DNA from: Oscillospiraceae bacterium
Lineage (GTDB): Bacteria; Bacillota; Clostridia; Oscillospirales; Ruminococcaceae
DNA length: 64,000 bases
Assembly: GCA_051882725.1 (NCBI GenBank)
Contig: JBJESJ010000149.1
Location: forward strand, 142 to 64,141
Reading direction: 5' to 3'
Positions within the stretch are counted from its first letter, which is position 1. Every line of letters starts with the position of its first letter. The translations under genes and the position numbers were made by a program. The notes below the pieces were generated by a model. It saw only the letters and a list, made by a program, of their open reading frames with translations, did no database searches and was not told the origin of the DNA. Below, piece by piece: positions 1 through 9,374 of the stretch.

Positions 1-1632
1 ATTGTTGAGGGCTTTTCCGAGAATACCTCCTACGACAGGATCGCCGACCGCAAGGAGGCTATCCTACACGGTATCAAAATAGCTCAAAAGAACGATGTTC
101 TCGTCCTTGCGGGAAAGGGTCATGAGGACTATCAGATACTGGCGGACGGAAAGCATATCCATTTCGATGAGCGCGAGATCGTGGCGGAATGTCTCAAAAA
201 GGCGTTCGGCAGCACAATTGCGGCTGTTCCGCAGAAAAAGGAGCCCCTTACCCTCGACGAGATATGCAGGGCTGTGAACGGAAGACCCTTTGGAATGAAT
301 TATTCTCCGAATACGGAAGTCTATGCCAACGAGATAAGCTCCGATACGAGGACTATCAAAAAAGGCGCGCTGTTTATTGGCATCAAGGGCGAAAATTTTG
401 ACGGAAATGCCTTCGCGGAAAAGGCAGTGAACGAGCTTGGCGCAGTATGCGCAGTTACGGGCCGCATCGTGAAAAATACTCCCTGCATCGTGGTGTCTGA
501 TACCAGAAAGGCTCTGCTGGAACTGGCAGGACATTTCAGAAGGAAATTCTCCCCCGTGGTCGTCGGAGTGACGGGCAGCGTGGGAAAGACTACCTCAAAG
601 GAATTTTTGAGCTGTGCGCTCTCCTCGGAGTTTGTCACCCTTAAGACCGAGGGGAATCAGAATAACGATATAGGGCTGCCCTTCACGCTGTTCAAACTCA
701 ATTCCGAGATACAGGCGGCTGTTATTGAGATGGGAATGTCTCACCCGGGCGAGATAAGCGTGCTGTCAAAAGCGGCAAAACCCGATATCTGCGTTATCAC
801 GAATATCGGCTATTCTCACATCGAGAACCTCGGCTCAAAGCAGGGCATATTAAAGGCTAAGCTTGAGATACTTGACGGGGCAAAGCGGAACGCTCCCCTT
901 GTGGTAAACGGCGACGATCATTTCCTCTATGCGCTGAAAAAGGGCGTTGGAGGTCATGAGGTGATAACCTGCGGAGTTGATAATCCCAATGCGGATTATC
1001 GGGCTGTGAATATAATTTCGGACGAGGACAGGGTCGAATTTGATATAGCTCACAGCGGACTGATATGTGCTCACTGTATGCTGCCCGTTACGGGAAAGCA
1101 TTATATAATCGACGCTCTTCTTGCGGCGGTGACCGCTCAGCTGGCGGGCTGCTCGATAATTGAGGCGGCGGACGCTCTTAAGAGCTACATGCCTACGGGT
1201 TTAAGACAGCATATCACCGAGAGAAACGGTCAGAAGCTGATAATTGACTGCTACAACGCAGCGCCCGTTTCTATGAAGGCTGCCATAGACGTTCTCTGCT
1301 CCGTTAAAAAGCCCTCCGAAAACGGAAAGCGCGTCTGCGTTTTCGGGGATATGCTGGAGCTTGGAGATATGACCGAGATCCTCCACAGAGAAATAGGAAA
1401 ATATGCGGCGGAAAAGAAGGTCGATCTGCTGGTGTGCTACGGCAGATATGCAAAATATGCCGCGGAAAGCGCAAAGGCGTCGGGCATACAGTCGGCGCAT
1501 ACCGAAAGCGAAGCGGCTTTGTACGATTTTCTGAAAATGAATACCAATGAAGGCGATGTGCTGCTGTTCAAGGGCAGCAGGGCTATGAAGCTGGAAAAGA
1601 TCATAGCGGAGCTTTACGGCGAAGATGTATAA
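1..1632 (+). CDS. murF: In-frame MurE-MurF fusion, with the 5' end outside the window. The C-terminal end of UDP-MurNAc-tripeptide synthetase runs directly into a complete UDP-MurNAc-pentapeptide synthetase.
   Basis: Frame 1 is open from nt 1. Nt 1-200 read ...VLVLAGKGHEDYQILADGKHIHFDEREIVAECLKK, a typical MurE C-terminus. There is no stop; a short linker (STIAAVPQKKEP) follows. MurF motifs then appear: GVTGSVGKTTSKE (P-loop), NQNNDIGLP, EMGMSHPGEI, DCYNAAP, GDMLELG. The ORF-track start at 181 is only the first GTG in an already open frame. Confidence 0.85.
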   Translation: MVEGFSENTSYDRIADRKEAILHGIKIAQKNDVLVLAGKGHEDYQILADGKHIHFDEREIVAECLKKAFGSTIAAVPQKKEPLTLDEICRAVNGRPFGMNYSPNTEVYANEISSDTRTIKKGALFIGIKGENFDGNAFAEKAVNELGAVCAVTGRIVKNTPCIVVSDTRKALLELAGHFRRKFSPVVVGVTGSVGKTTSKEFLSCALSSEFVTLKTEGNQNNDIGLPFTLFKLNSEIQAAVIEMGMSHPGEISVLSKAAKPDICVITNIGYSHIENLGSKQGILKAKLEILDGAKRNAPLVVNGDDHFLYALKKGVGGHEVITCGVDNPNADYRAVNIISDEDRVEFDIAHSGLICAHCMLPVTGKHYIIDALLAAVTAQLAGCSIIEAADALKSYMPTGLRQHITERNGQKLIIDCYNAAPVSMKAAIDVLCSVKKPSENGKRVCVFGDMLELGDMTEILHREIGKYAAEKKVDLLVCYGRYAKYAAESAKASGIQSAHTESEAALYDFLKMNTNEGDVLLFKGSRAMKLEKIIAELYGEDV

Positions 1633-2581
1633 GGGTCTGTGGATAAATATCCTCACTGCGCTGCTGGGGCTGTGCGTGACGTTTCTCATAGGGAATTATC
1701 TGCTTCCCGTGCTGAAAAGGCTGCGCTTCATGACCGACGGCGCGGAAAGGGACTCTTCGGGAGAAAAGCTTCTCATAAGCGGCGGAGTTATGCTCTGTGC
1801 GGGGATATTCATTTCCTCGGCGGCGGGATTTTTAGCCATGAGATTTTTCTCGGACAGTCTTGACCGGCAGTCGGAAAAATACTTCCCGTATTTTATCGGA
1901 CAGCTTGTCATGCTGGCGGCGGCGGCGGTGGGATTTTACAGCGACCATCTTCAGAGCCGCGGAAAAAAGGGCGGGATATCCGACGGATATGTTACCCTAT
2001 GCAATATGATATTATCGGCGGTGTTTCTCATCCTGCTGTTCATAAAAGGCGATGTGAACACGGTGATAGATATCCCGTTTATCGGAGAATTCGAGCCGGG
2101 TGCGGCATATTATCCGATAATGCTTGCGGTGATGACGATAATATGCGGCTGCTTTTCCGTGACGGATAGGCAGGCGGGAGCGGCTCCCTCGGCATATGCG
2201 GTGTTTTCCATAGGAGCAATGTCGGTGTTTTCGGGGCTGTCCATGAGCGGCTCCGGCATATTGTCGGCGGCGTCGGCAGGAAGCGCTATAGGCTTTCTGG
2301 TGTGGAATCACCCCTCGGTGAAGATACTCGGAGGACGGTGCGGTTCTATGCTGATGGGCTTCGGAGCGGCAGTAATGACGGTATCCTCGGGAAAAGCGGT
2401 CTATATGCTGATAATGCTGATACCGGTGCTTTTCGACGGGATATGCGCCCTGTTGGGGCGACGCCCCGTTAAGGACAGGTCATACGGAGCGAAGAATACG
2501 GCGGAAGTTATCCTGAAATATTTCATATTTTCGCTTGTCTGCGTTATCGCAGCCCTTGCTTTGATGCAGCTGAAAATATAA
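1625..2581 (+). CDS. mraY: MraY-family polytopic membrane protein at the canonical mraY position, but with the catalytic motifs substituted
   Basis: 318 aa, overlapping the murF stop by 8 nt. It aligns by eye with MraY (LPVLKRLRF, GFLVWNHPS). The DD loop reads GFYSDHLQS, the TDGxDG motif reads VTDRQAGAA, MGDTGS reads LGGRCGS, and there is no HHH motif. Confidence 0.6.
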   Translation: MYKGLWINILTALLGLCVTFLIGNYLLPVLKRLRFMTDGAERDSSGEKLLISGGVMLCAGIFISSAAGFLAMRFFSDSLDRQSEKYFPYFIGQLVMLAAAAVGFYSDHLQSRGKKGGISDGYVTLCNMILSAVFLILLFIKGDVNTVIDIPFIGEFEPGAAYYPIMLAVMTIICGCFSVTDRQAGAAPSAYAVFSIGAMSVFSGLSMSGSGILSAASAGSAIGFLVWNHPSVKILGGRCGSMLMGFGAAVMTVSSGKAVYMLIMLIPVLFDGICALLGRRPVKDRSYGAKNTAEVILKYFIFSLVCVIAALALMQLKI

Positions 2582-2616
2582 CAATATTTGTATGATTATC
2601 GAAAGGAGGAGATACT

Positions 2617-3921
2617 TTGGCGGAAACGGCAAATAAAGAAAATGCTCCGCAGAAGAAAAAAGCGGCGCCTAAAAAAGAATCCACATTCAAGCTGTTTTTC
2701 ACGGCGGGAGTGTCCCGTCCGAAAAACGACAGGCAGGTGGGCGTTGACGCGCCTATGGTGGTCATCATACTGGTCATGCTGGTGTTCGGCATAATCATGA
2801 TGTTTTCCGCAGGCTATGCATGGGCGATAGCGGAAAATCTGTCGGGAGATTACTATTTCAAGCGGCAGTGCATGATGGCGGGGATAGGTCTTGTGGGAAT
2901 GTTCGGACTGTCCTTTCTGGACTATCACTTTTTCCAGAAGCAGTGGGTGGTGACGGCAGCGTATCTGGGCGCACTGGCACTGATGATACTCTGCTTTGTG
3001 CCGGGAATAGCTACCCCGCACAATAACTCAAGCAGATGGATAACCATTGCGGGAGTGGAATTTCAGCCCTCGGAGATAGCAAAGATAGCCCTTGTGCTGC
3101 TGTTTGCCTACTGGATATCCATAAACTATTCGAGAATGAAGAAATTCACGGTGGGGATAGTTCCATTTGTGTTCGCACTGGGAGTTTATGCGCTGGTATT
3201 GTCGCAGCAGCCCCACTTCTCCGCGATAATAATCATGTGTGTGATATGCTTCTCGCTGATGCTGATAGGCGGAGTTGACATGAAATATCTGATAGCGGCG
3301 GGAATATGCGCAGTAGTGCTTATCGTGGTGTATATGGCGTATAAGTCACTGTCGGGAGATCTGGGCTATATCGAAAAGCGTATCCACAGCTTTACCGACC
3401 CCTTTGATTCGGAGTATTCCGACGATACCTACCAGACGAGAAACTCCCTTATCGCCATAGGTTCGGGAGGACTTTTCGGACTGGGACTGGGCAATTCGAG
3501 ACAGAAATTTTTATACCTGCCCGAGTCGAAAAACGACTTTGTTTTCGCCATAATCTGCGAGGAACTGGGATATATCGGCGCTGTCATGGTAATAATCCTG
3601 TTCGTTCTGTTTGTGTTCAGAGGATTTTCCATTGCGGTGAAGGCGGTGGACAAATCGGGCATGCTGATAGCCTGCGGTATAACTATCCAGATAGGACTTC
3701 AGGCGTTTCTGAATATCGCCGTTGTATGCAATGCCATACCGAATACGGGAATATCCCTGCCCTTTTTCAGCTACGGCGGCACGGCGCTTATCATGCAGCT
3801 GTGCGAAATGGGGATACTGCTGAATATTTCCAGACACACCATCTCGGAAACGAACGAGGTCAGAAGAAAACGCCGCAGGGCGCAGAGAGAAATTCCGCAG
3901 GACGCGGAGGTACGCACCTGA
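2617..3921 (+). CDS. ftsW: SEDS-family peptidoglycan polymerase FtsW/SpoVE/RodA
   Basis: TTG start after AAAGGAGGAG. Motifs SEIAKIALVLLFAYW, GLGLGNSRQKFLYLPESKNDFVFAIICEELGYIG and NTGISLPFFSYGGTAL. Confidence 0.9.
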   Translation: MAETANKENAPQKKKAAPKKESTFKLFFTAGVSRPKNDRQVGVDAPMVVIILVMLVFGIIMMFSAGYAWAIAENLSGDYYFKRQCMMAGIGLVGMFGLSFLDYHFFQKQWVVTAAYLGALALMILCFVPGIATPHNNSSRWITIAGVEFQPSEIAKIALVLLFAYWISINYSRMKKFTVGIVPFVFALGVYALVLSQQPHFSAIIIMCVICFSLMLIGGVDMKYLIAAGICAVVLIVVYMAYKSLSGDLGYIEKRIHSFTDPFDSEYSDDTYQTRNSLIAIGSGGLFGLGLGNSRQKFLYLPESKNDFVFAIICEELGYIGAVMVIILFVLFVFRGFSIAVKAVDKSGMLIACGITIQIGLQAFLNIAVVCNAIPNTGISLPFFSYGGTALIMQLCEMGILLNISRHTISETNEVRRKRRRAQREIPQDAEVRT

Positions 3922-3953
3922 AATGATGATATCTGCTGAAAGGAAAAAATGCT

Positions 3954-5087
3954 ATGCTTAAGGTTTTACTTGCGGGAGGCGGCACTGCGGGACATATCAA
4001 CCCCGCTCTTGCCATAGCTTCGATAATTAAGGACCATGTGCCCGATGCGGAGTTTCTGTATGCGGGAACTCCCAAGGGAATGGAAGCGAATCTTGTCCCC
4101 GACGCGGGGATAAGCTTCACGCCCATAAAGGTCAGCGGCTTTCAGAGGAAGCTGACGCTGAAAAATGTGGGAAGGAATATCCGCGCTGCGGCGTATCTTG
4201 CCTCGTCGGGACCGAGGGCAAAGCATATCATAAACGAATTTATGCCCGACCTTGTCATCGGCACGGGCGGATATGTGAGCGGTCCCATAGTGTTTGAGGC
4301 CGCAAGAATGAAGATACCTACCCTTATCCACGAGCAGAATGCATATCCCGGAGTGACTACGAAGATACTCTCCAAAAAGGTGGATATGGTGATGCTCACC
4401 GTGGAGGAGGCTATGGAGTACCTCGACAAGGATATCCCTCATACGGTGACGGGGCTTCCCGTAAGAAAGGGCTTTACCGGCAAAATGAGCCGCGAAGCCG
4501 CAAGGAAGGAACTGGGCTTTGATGACGGAATGGTCATTTTAAGCTACGGCGGAAGTCTGGGAGCTGGAGCTATCAATGACACTGCGGAGCGGCTAATTGA
4601 ATATGAGCAGAAAAACGGGCTGAAGATAAATCATATCCACAGCTACGGCCGCATGGGCAAGGATACCTTTATCAAGAATCTTGAAGGACGCGGAGTGGAT
4701 ATGAACAGTCCCCGTCTTATGATAAAGGACTATATCCGCAACATGGACGTGTGTATGGCGGCTGCGGACCTTATCATCTGCCGCAGCGGAGCTTCTGCCA
4801 TAACAGAGCTTGAAGCGGAGGGCAGAGCGTCCATACTTATCCCGTCCCCTGTTGTGGCGGGAAATCACCAGTATCATAACGCCATGGTCCTCGGAAAGGC
4901 GGGAGCGGCGATAGTTATCGAGCAGAAGGACCTCGATTACGACAAGATAATAGAAAAGGTGACGGAATTTTACAAGGACCCCGCCAAGACCGACGTTCTT
5001 GCGCAGAGAGCCGCAGAGCTATATATCAGTGACACTCCCGACAGGATCTGGGAGCAGGTCGCAGGGCTTGTGGGCAATAAAATTTAA
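3954..5087 (+). CDS. murG: Undecaprenyl-PP-MurNAc-pentapeptide GlcNAc transferase
   Basis: N-terminal LLAGGGTAGHINPALAIA; C-terminal ICRSGASAITELEAEGRASILIPSP...NHQYHNA. Confidence 0.92.
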   Translation: MLKVLLAGGGTAGHINPALAIASIIKDHVPDAEFLYAGTPKGMEANLVPDAGISFTPIKVSGFQRKLTLKNVGRNIRAAAYLASSGPRAKHIINEFMPDLVIGTGGYVSGPIVFEAARMKIPTLIHEQNAYPGVTTKILSKKVDMVMLTVEEAMEYLDKDIPHTVTGLPVRKGFTGKMSREAARKELGFDDGMVILSYGGSLGAGAINDTAERLIEYEQKNGLKINHIHSYGRMGKDTFIKNLEGRGVDMNSPRLMIKDYIRNMDVCMAAADLIICRSGASAITELEAEGRASILIPSPVVAGNHQYHNAMVLGKAGAAIVIEQKDLDYDKIIEKVTEFYKDPAKTDVLAQRAAELYISDTPDRIWEQVAGLVGNKI

Positions 5088-5100
5088 AATAAGCGTATGT

Positions 5101-5140
5101 GCCGTGTAAATGTCAGTGAGATGTTTGCACGGCTTTTTTT
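5101..5140 (+). terminator. Rho-independent terminator after murG
   Basis: GCCGTGTAAA (5101-5110) pairs with TTTGCACGGC (5124-5133), one G-U pair, followed by T7 (5134-5140). Confidence 0.8.
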
Positions 5141-5141
5141 G

Positions 5142-5170
5142 TTGGGATAGTCTGGCGGTATTGATATAAT
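5142..5170 (+). promoter_or_regulatory. Candidate sigma-A promoter (distal) for the flagellar operon
   Basis: TTGGGA, 17 nt, TGaTATAAT (extended -10), immediately after the murG terminator. Confidence 0.45.
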
Positions 5171-5301
5171 AAACAAAAAATGTTTGATTATAAAACGATT
5201 TTGCACAAAAAATATGAAAATACTATACAAAATATAAAAAATATTGCGATTTTTTTGTGGATTTTTTTACTTTGTTTTTTCGGAAATCTTTGCAGAAATA
5301 C

Positions 5302-5330
5302 TTGTAATTTATGAGAAAATGTAGTATAAT
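5302..5330 (+). promoter_or_regulatory. Candidate sigma-A promoter (proximal) for the flagellar operon
   Basis: TTGTAA (5302-5307), 17 nt, TATAAT (5325-5330), about 95 nt upstream of the flgB ATG in an AT-rich, A/T-tract region. Confidence 0.55.
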
Positions 5331-5424
5331 TAGAAGAGATATTATGAAAATGGCATAGTGCCATAATTTAAATGTTAAATTAATGTGAACAACATAAGGC
5401 TATCAGGAAAGGAAGGCGTATCTT

Positions 5425-5787
5425 ATGTCAATGTTTGACAGCGCGGCCTTTAAGATCACCGAACAGGGTCTTGATGCGTCGTGGTATCAGCAGAAGGTCA
5501 TCAGCAATAACATCGCTAACGTCGAAACTCCCGACTATAAGGCTAAGACCGTTTCCTTCGGTCTTGTGCTGGATAACGCGATCCATGCTAAGATAACCGG
5601 CGGCGACAGACTTTCGGTCAGACTTGCCGAGACCTATGAGACCAATACCAATCAGATACTTAACGGAAATAATGTTGACATTGAAAAGGAATCAAACGCC
5701 ATGCTCGACGCACAGTATCAGTACAGTACCATGATCGACTATCTTAACAGTCAGTATCAGATGATAAGAACTGCTATCGGAAAATAA
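5425..5787 (+). CDS. flgB: Flagellar basal-body rod protein FlgB
   Basis: RBS GGAAAGGAAGG. N-terminal rod motif QQKVISNNIANVETPDYKAK. First gene of the cluster. Confidence 0.9.
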   Translation: MSMFDSAAFKITEQGLDASWYQQKVISNNIANVETPDYKAKTVSFGLVLDNAIHAKITGGDRLSVRLAETYETNTNQILNGNNVDIEKESNAMLDAQYQYSTMIDYLNSQYQMIRTAIGK

Positions 5788-5803
5788 GTAAAGGAGCTGC
5801 GAA

Positions 5804-6289
5804 ATGTCTTTTTTGAATTCTCTTGACATCGGATTTTCGGCGCTTTCCGCCGAAAGACTGCGGATGGACGTCATCTCGCAGAATATCGCCAATCAGGATT
5901 CCTACAATACCGCCGACGGTGACCCTTACTGCCGTCAGCTTGTGTCCTTTCAGACAAAAATGACCTTCTCCGATGTGATGAACCGCTATTCACAGGAGAA
6001 CGAGTCTACTCACAGACACGGCGTTTATTACAGGAAAAACAGGAACAATTACACCTATGCGGGCGTTCAGGTGGCTGAGGTGGTCGATGATGAGACTCCC
6101 TTCACTCCCGTGTATGACCCCGATAATCCCCTTGCCGATGAAAACGGCTACATTTATCAGACTAACGTGGATAATACCAAGGAGCAGATAGATCTGCTGG
6201 CGGCACAGCGCTCCTATGAGGCTAACGCCACTGCTATCGAGGCTGTCAAGGCTATGCTGGACAAGGCACAGTCTCTGACGGGAAGATAA
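5804..6289 (+). CDS. flgC: Flagellar basal-body rod protein FlgC
   Basis: ALSAERLRMDVISQNIANQDS N-terminal motif; C-terminal VDNTKEQIDLLAAQRSYEANATAIEAVKAM. Confidence 0.9.
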   Translation: MSFLNSLDIGFSALSAERLRMDVISQNIANQDSYNTADGDPYCRQLVSFQTKMTFSDVMNRYSQENESTHRHGVYYRKNRNNYTYAGVQVAEVVDDETPFTPVYDPDNPLADENGYIYQTNVDNTKEQIDLLAAQRSYEANATAIEAVKAMLDKAQSLTGR

Positions 6290-6317
6290 GCCTTAATGAT
6301 TGAAAGGAAGATATGAA

Positions 6318-6623
6318 ATGTACATAGTACCTATAAGCTCGGCGATAACTCCTCTGGATACAATGTCCCAGAATGCTGCGGAAACGGCTTCCGGGGAGAA
6401 AACACCGTCCTTCACCGACGTTTTTTCGGAGGTCTACGATGAGGTGCAGAGCACTCAGAAAACTCTGAATCAGAACGCTGCCGATATCGTTATGGGCGAT
6501 ATCGACGACCTCCATACAATTTATAACAATATCACCAAAGCACAGGTCTCCCTCGAGACCTTCATCGCCATACGCGACGCCGCTCAGCAGAGCTATCAGG
6601 AGCTTATGCAGATGAACGTATAA
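6318..6623 (+). CDS. fliE: Flagellar hook-basal body complex protein FliE
   Basis: ATG at 6318 follows GAAAGGAAG. C-terminus KAQVSLETFIAIRDAAQQSYQELMQMNV is FliE-like. The ORF-track TTG at 6300 is less likely. Confidence 0.8.
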   Translation: MYIVPISSAITPLDTMSQNAAETASGEKTPSFTDVFSEVYDEVQSTQKTLNQNAADIVMGDIDDLHTIYNNITKAQVSLETFIAIRDAAQQSYQELMQMNV

Positions 6624-6669
6624 TATGATATTGTAAATACAAAAGCTTTCAGGGAAGGAAACATATAAA

Positions 6670-8364
6670 ATGGCTAATGCAAAGGAACAAGCGAACAAGG
6701 CTGTTGATTCGCTGAAAAAGTTCTGGGCAAAACAGGAAAAGAAAAATAAAATAATATATATATCCTCCTTTGCCGCTGTGCTTATCATCCTTGCGATAAT
6801 TATAGTCGCGGCAAACCGCAAGGAAGAGGTCGTGCTCTTTACGGGGCTGGATACCTCCGAGGCATCGGAGATAGTTTCGATAATCGAGGACGCGGGCTAT
6901 GAATGTACCCTTTCGGGAGGGACGATCACCGTTCCCGAGGGTACCGAAAATACGCTCGCTATGACTCTCGCTCAGCAGGGCTATCCCAAGAGCAGCGGTA
7001 ATTACGAGTTCCTTACCGAGCATGTCAGCATGTTCTCCACCGAGTCGGAGACCAAGGAGTACAAGAGGATCGCTCTGGAGGACAGATTTTCTGCGATAAT
7101 CGGCTCCCTAACATCGGTGGAAAAGGCGGAGGTCACTCTCTATATCCCCGAAAAGAGAAATACCGTTATCGCCGATAACCGCTCTGACCCTTCGGCTTCG
7201 GTAGTGGTATACCTTAAAAATGACGCGACCCTTTCAAATGCGCAGATAAACGGTATCACACGGCTTATCACCAAGGGCTGCGAAAATATGACCGAGGAAA
7301 ATGTCTCCATTATCGATCAGAACGGCGTGCTCCTTATCGCAGAGGCAGACGGCGGCGATGTGGTCGCACAGGAAACAAGAAAGCTCCGCTTTAAGACGAG
7401 CCTTGAAAATCAGATAAAGGACAAGATAATCGAACTGCTTACCCCCGCATATAACGACGACGGCTTCTCCGTTGCGGTGAATATGGTCCTCAACTTCGAC
7501 GAGAAGGTCTCCGAGGATACGGTATATACTCCCTCCACCGAGGACGGAAGAGGCATGCTGCAGGAGGGCAAGTCCGAAAACGCCACAGGCTACGCTACCG
7601 CAGACGGCGGAATAGTCGGCGTGGAGGTCAACGCGGACGATACCTATCCTACCGGCGATACCAGCGGAAACGGCAGCTGGTCGGAATCCTCACTGGACAA
7701 TATCTACCTTGTAAATACATATAAGGAACAGATCGAAAAGGAAGGCTATACCATAGACAGCCTCTCCGTATCGACTATAATCTACACGGATTATCTCCCC
7801 GATACCACCAAGCAGGAGCTCGTTTCCCTTATCGGAAATGCGGCGTCTATCAACCCCGAGATGGTGAACGACGTCGTTACCGTTACGAGCCTGCCTAAGT
7901 TCGGCGATACCATTGAGCCTGTGGACGAGCAGACCTATCTGTTCGGTCTTACAAGAAATCAGCTTATCATTCTGGCTGCGATACTTCTGGGAATGCTGCT
8001 CATACTTATCATCATACTGGTGGCAGTTTCGGGCAAGTCCAAGAAGAAGAGACAGAAATTCGAGCAGCAGATCCTTGCTGCCAATGTGGGCGCAGAACAG
8101 GAGCCCCTTGTGGAAAACTTCTACGCTATCAACAGCACATCGGGAGAAAACGTCGATATACCCAGTCTTATGGACGACGACGAAAATTCCAAGGAGCTGG
8201 CGGTCAGAAGAGAAATTGCTACCTTTGCACGTCAGCGGCCTGAGATCGTGGCACAGCTTATCAGAAACTGGATGAACGAGACCCCCGAGGACAGGAAAAA
8301 GGAAAACGAGGCTATCGCTGCACAGGCGAACAGCTCTGACAACGACGCAGGAGGTGCGGTATAA
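6670..8364 (+). CDS. fliF: Flagellar MS-ring protein FliF
   Basis: 564 aa with an N-terminal TM segment, a second TM near the C-terminus and an acidic FliG-binding tail. Positioned between fliE and fliG. Confidence 0.88.
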   Translation: MANAKEQANKAVDSLKKFWAKQEKKNKIIYISSFAAVLIILAIIIVAANRKEEVVLFTGLDTSEASEIVSIIEDAGYECTLSGGTITVPEGTENTLAMTLAQQGYPKSSGNYEFLTEHVSMFSTESETKEYKRIALEDRFSAIIGSLTSVEKAEVTLYIPEKRNTVIADNRSDPSASVVVYLKNDATLSNAQINGITRLITKGCENMTEENVSIIDQNGVLLIAEADGGDVVAQETRKLRFKTSLENQIKDKIIELLTPAYNDDGFSVAVNMVLNFDEKVSEDTVYTPSTEDGRGMLQEGKSENATGYATADGGIVGVEVNADDTYPTGDTSGNGSWSESSLDNIYLVNTYKEQIEKEGYTIDSLSVSTIIYTDYLPDTTKQELVSLIGNAASINPEMVNDVVTVTSLPKFGDTIEPVDEQTYLFGLTRNQLIILAAILLGMLLILIIILVAVSGKSKKKRQKFEQQILAANVGAEQEPLVENFYAINSTSGENVDIPSLMDDDENSKELAVRREIATFARQRPEIVAQLIRNWMNETPEDRKKENEAIAAQANSSDNDAGGAV

Positions 8365-9374
8365 TGAGCGATATAAATGAGATGTCCTCGATGCAGCGCG
8401 CCGCAATTATCATTACCGCTATCGGGACCGATAATGCTGCGGACGTGTACAAGCATCTGAGCGATGAAGAGGTCGAAAAGCTGACCTTTGAGGTCTCCAG
8501 TCTCCCCTTTTTCGACAGCAATACCGTGGATTCCATTTTAAATGAGTTTTACGAGCTTTGTCTTACCGAAAAGGTGATGACAGACGGCGGCGTCGATTAT
8601 GCAAGAGATGTTCTGGAAAAGGCCTTCGGCAAGGAGACCGCAGAACGCCTTATGGCAAAGATATCCAACAGAATGAAGACGAAATCCTTCGAGTTCGTCA
8701 GAAAATCCGACGCGAAGAATCTGCTGGCTATCGTTCAGAACGAATATCCCCAGACCATCGCACTTATCCTTTCCTATGCAACGGCGGAACAGGCTTCGCA
8801 GGTGCTTGCCGAACTGCCTAAGGAAAAGCGGGTCGATGTGGTCGAGAGAATGGCTAAAATGGATTCTACCTCCCCCGAAACTATCAGGGCTATCGAATCC
8901 ATGCTGGAGAGAAAGTTCTCCGCGGCAGTTACTATGGATACCACCGAGGTCGGCGGCATAAACTTCGTGGCGGATGTCCTCAACAAGGTGGACAGAGCCA
9001 ACGAGAAGTTTATCTTCGACGAGCTCACCTCCAGAGACCCTGTGCTGGTGGACGAGATCAAGAAAAAGATGTTCGTTTTCGAGGATATCGTGGGGCTGGA
9101 TTCTATGGCGATACAGCGTTTTATCAGAGAGTGCGAGACCAAGGATCTTGCTATCGCTATCAAGGGCTCCAACAACACCGTTGCTGCGGCGCTTTACGCG
9201 AATATGCCTCAGCGTATGCAGGAGTCCATCCAGCAGGAGATCGAGTATATGCATAATATCCGTATGCGCGACGTTGAAGAGGCTCAGCAGCGCATAGTCG
9301 GCATAATCAGACACCTCGAAGAAGAGGGCGAGCTTGTTATCAGCAAGGGCGGAGATGATGAGATAATTGCTTAA
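8364..9374 (+). CDS. fliG: Flagellar motor switch protein FliG
   Basis: TAATG overlap with fliF. AAIIITAIGTDNAADVYKHLSDEEVEKL and a C-terminal torque-helix region; 336 aa. Confidence 0.92.
   Translation: MSDINEMSSMQRAAIIITAIGTDNAADVYKHLSDEEVEKLTFEVSSLPFFDSNTVDSILNEFYELCLTEKVMTDGGVDYARDVLEKAFGKETAERLMAKISNRMKTKSFEFVRKSDAKNLLAIVQNEYPQTIALILSYATAEQASQVLAELPKEKRVDVVERMAKMDSTSPETIRAIESMLERKFSAAVTMDTTEVGGINFVADVLNKVDRANEKFIFDELTSRDPVLVDEIKKKMFVFEDIVGLDSMAIQRFIRECETKDLAIAIKGSNNTVAAALYANMPQRMQESIQQEIEYMHNIRMRDVEEAQQRIVGIIRHLEEEGELVISKGGDDEIIA

Noticed and set aside
5141-5424. A c-di-GMP riboswitch or invertible flagellar switch upstream of flgB, as described in Clostridioides difficile
   Set aside because: The leader is only about 95 nt (or about 255 nt from the distal promoter). 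It is AT-rich, has no GEMM-like motifs, and has no long flanking inverted repeats.
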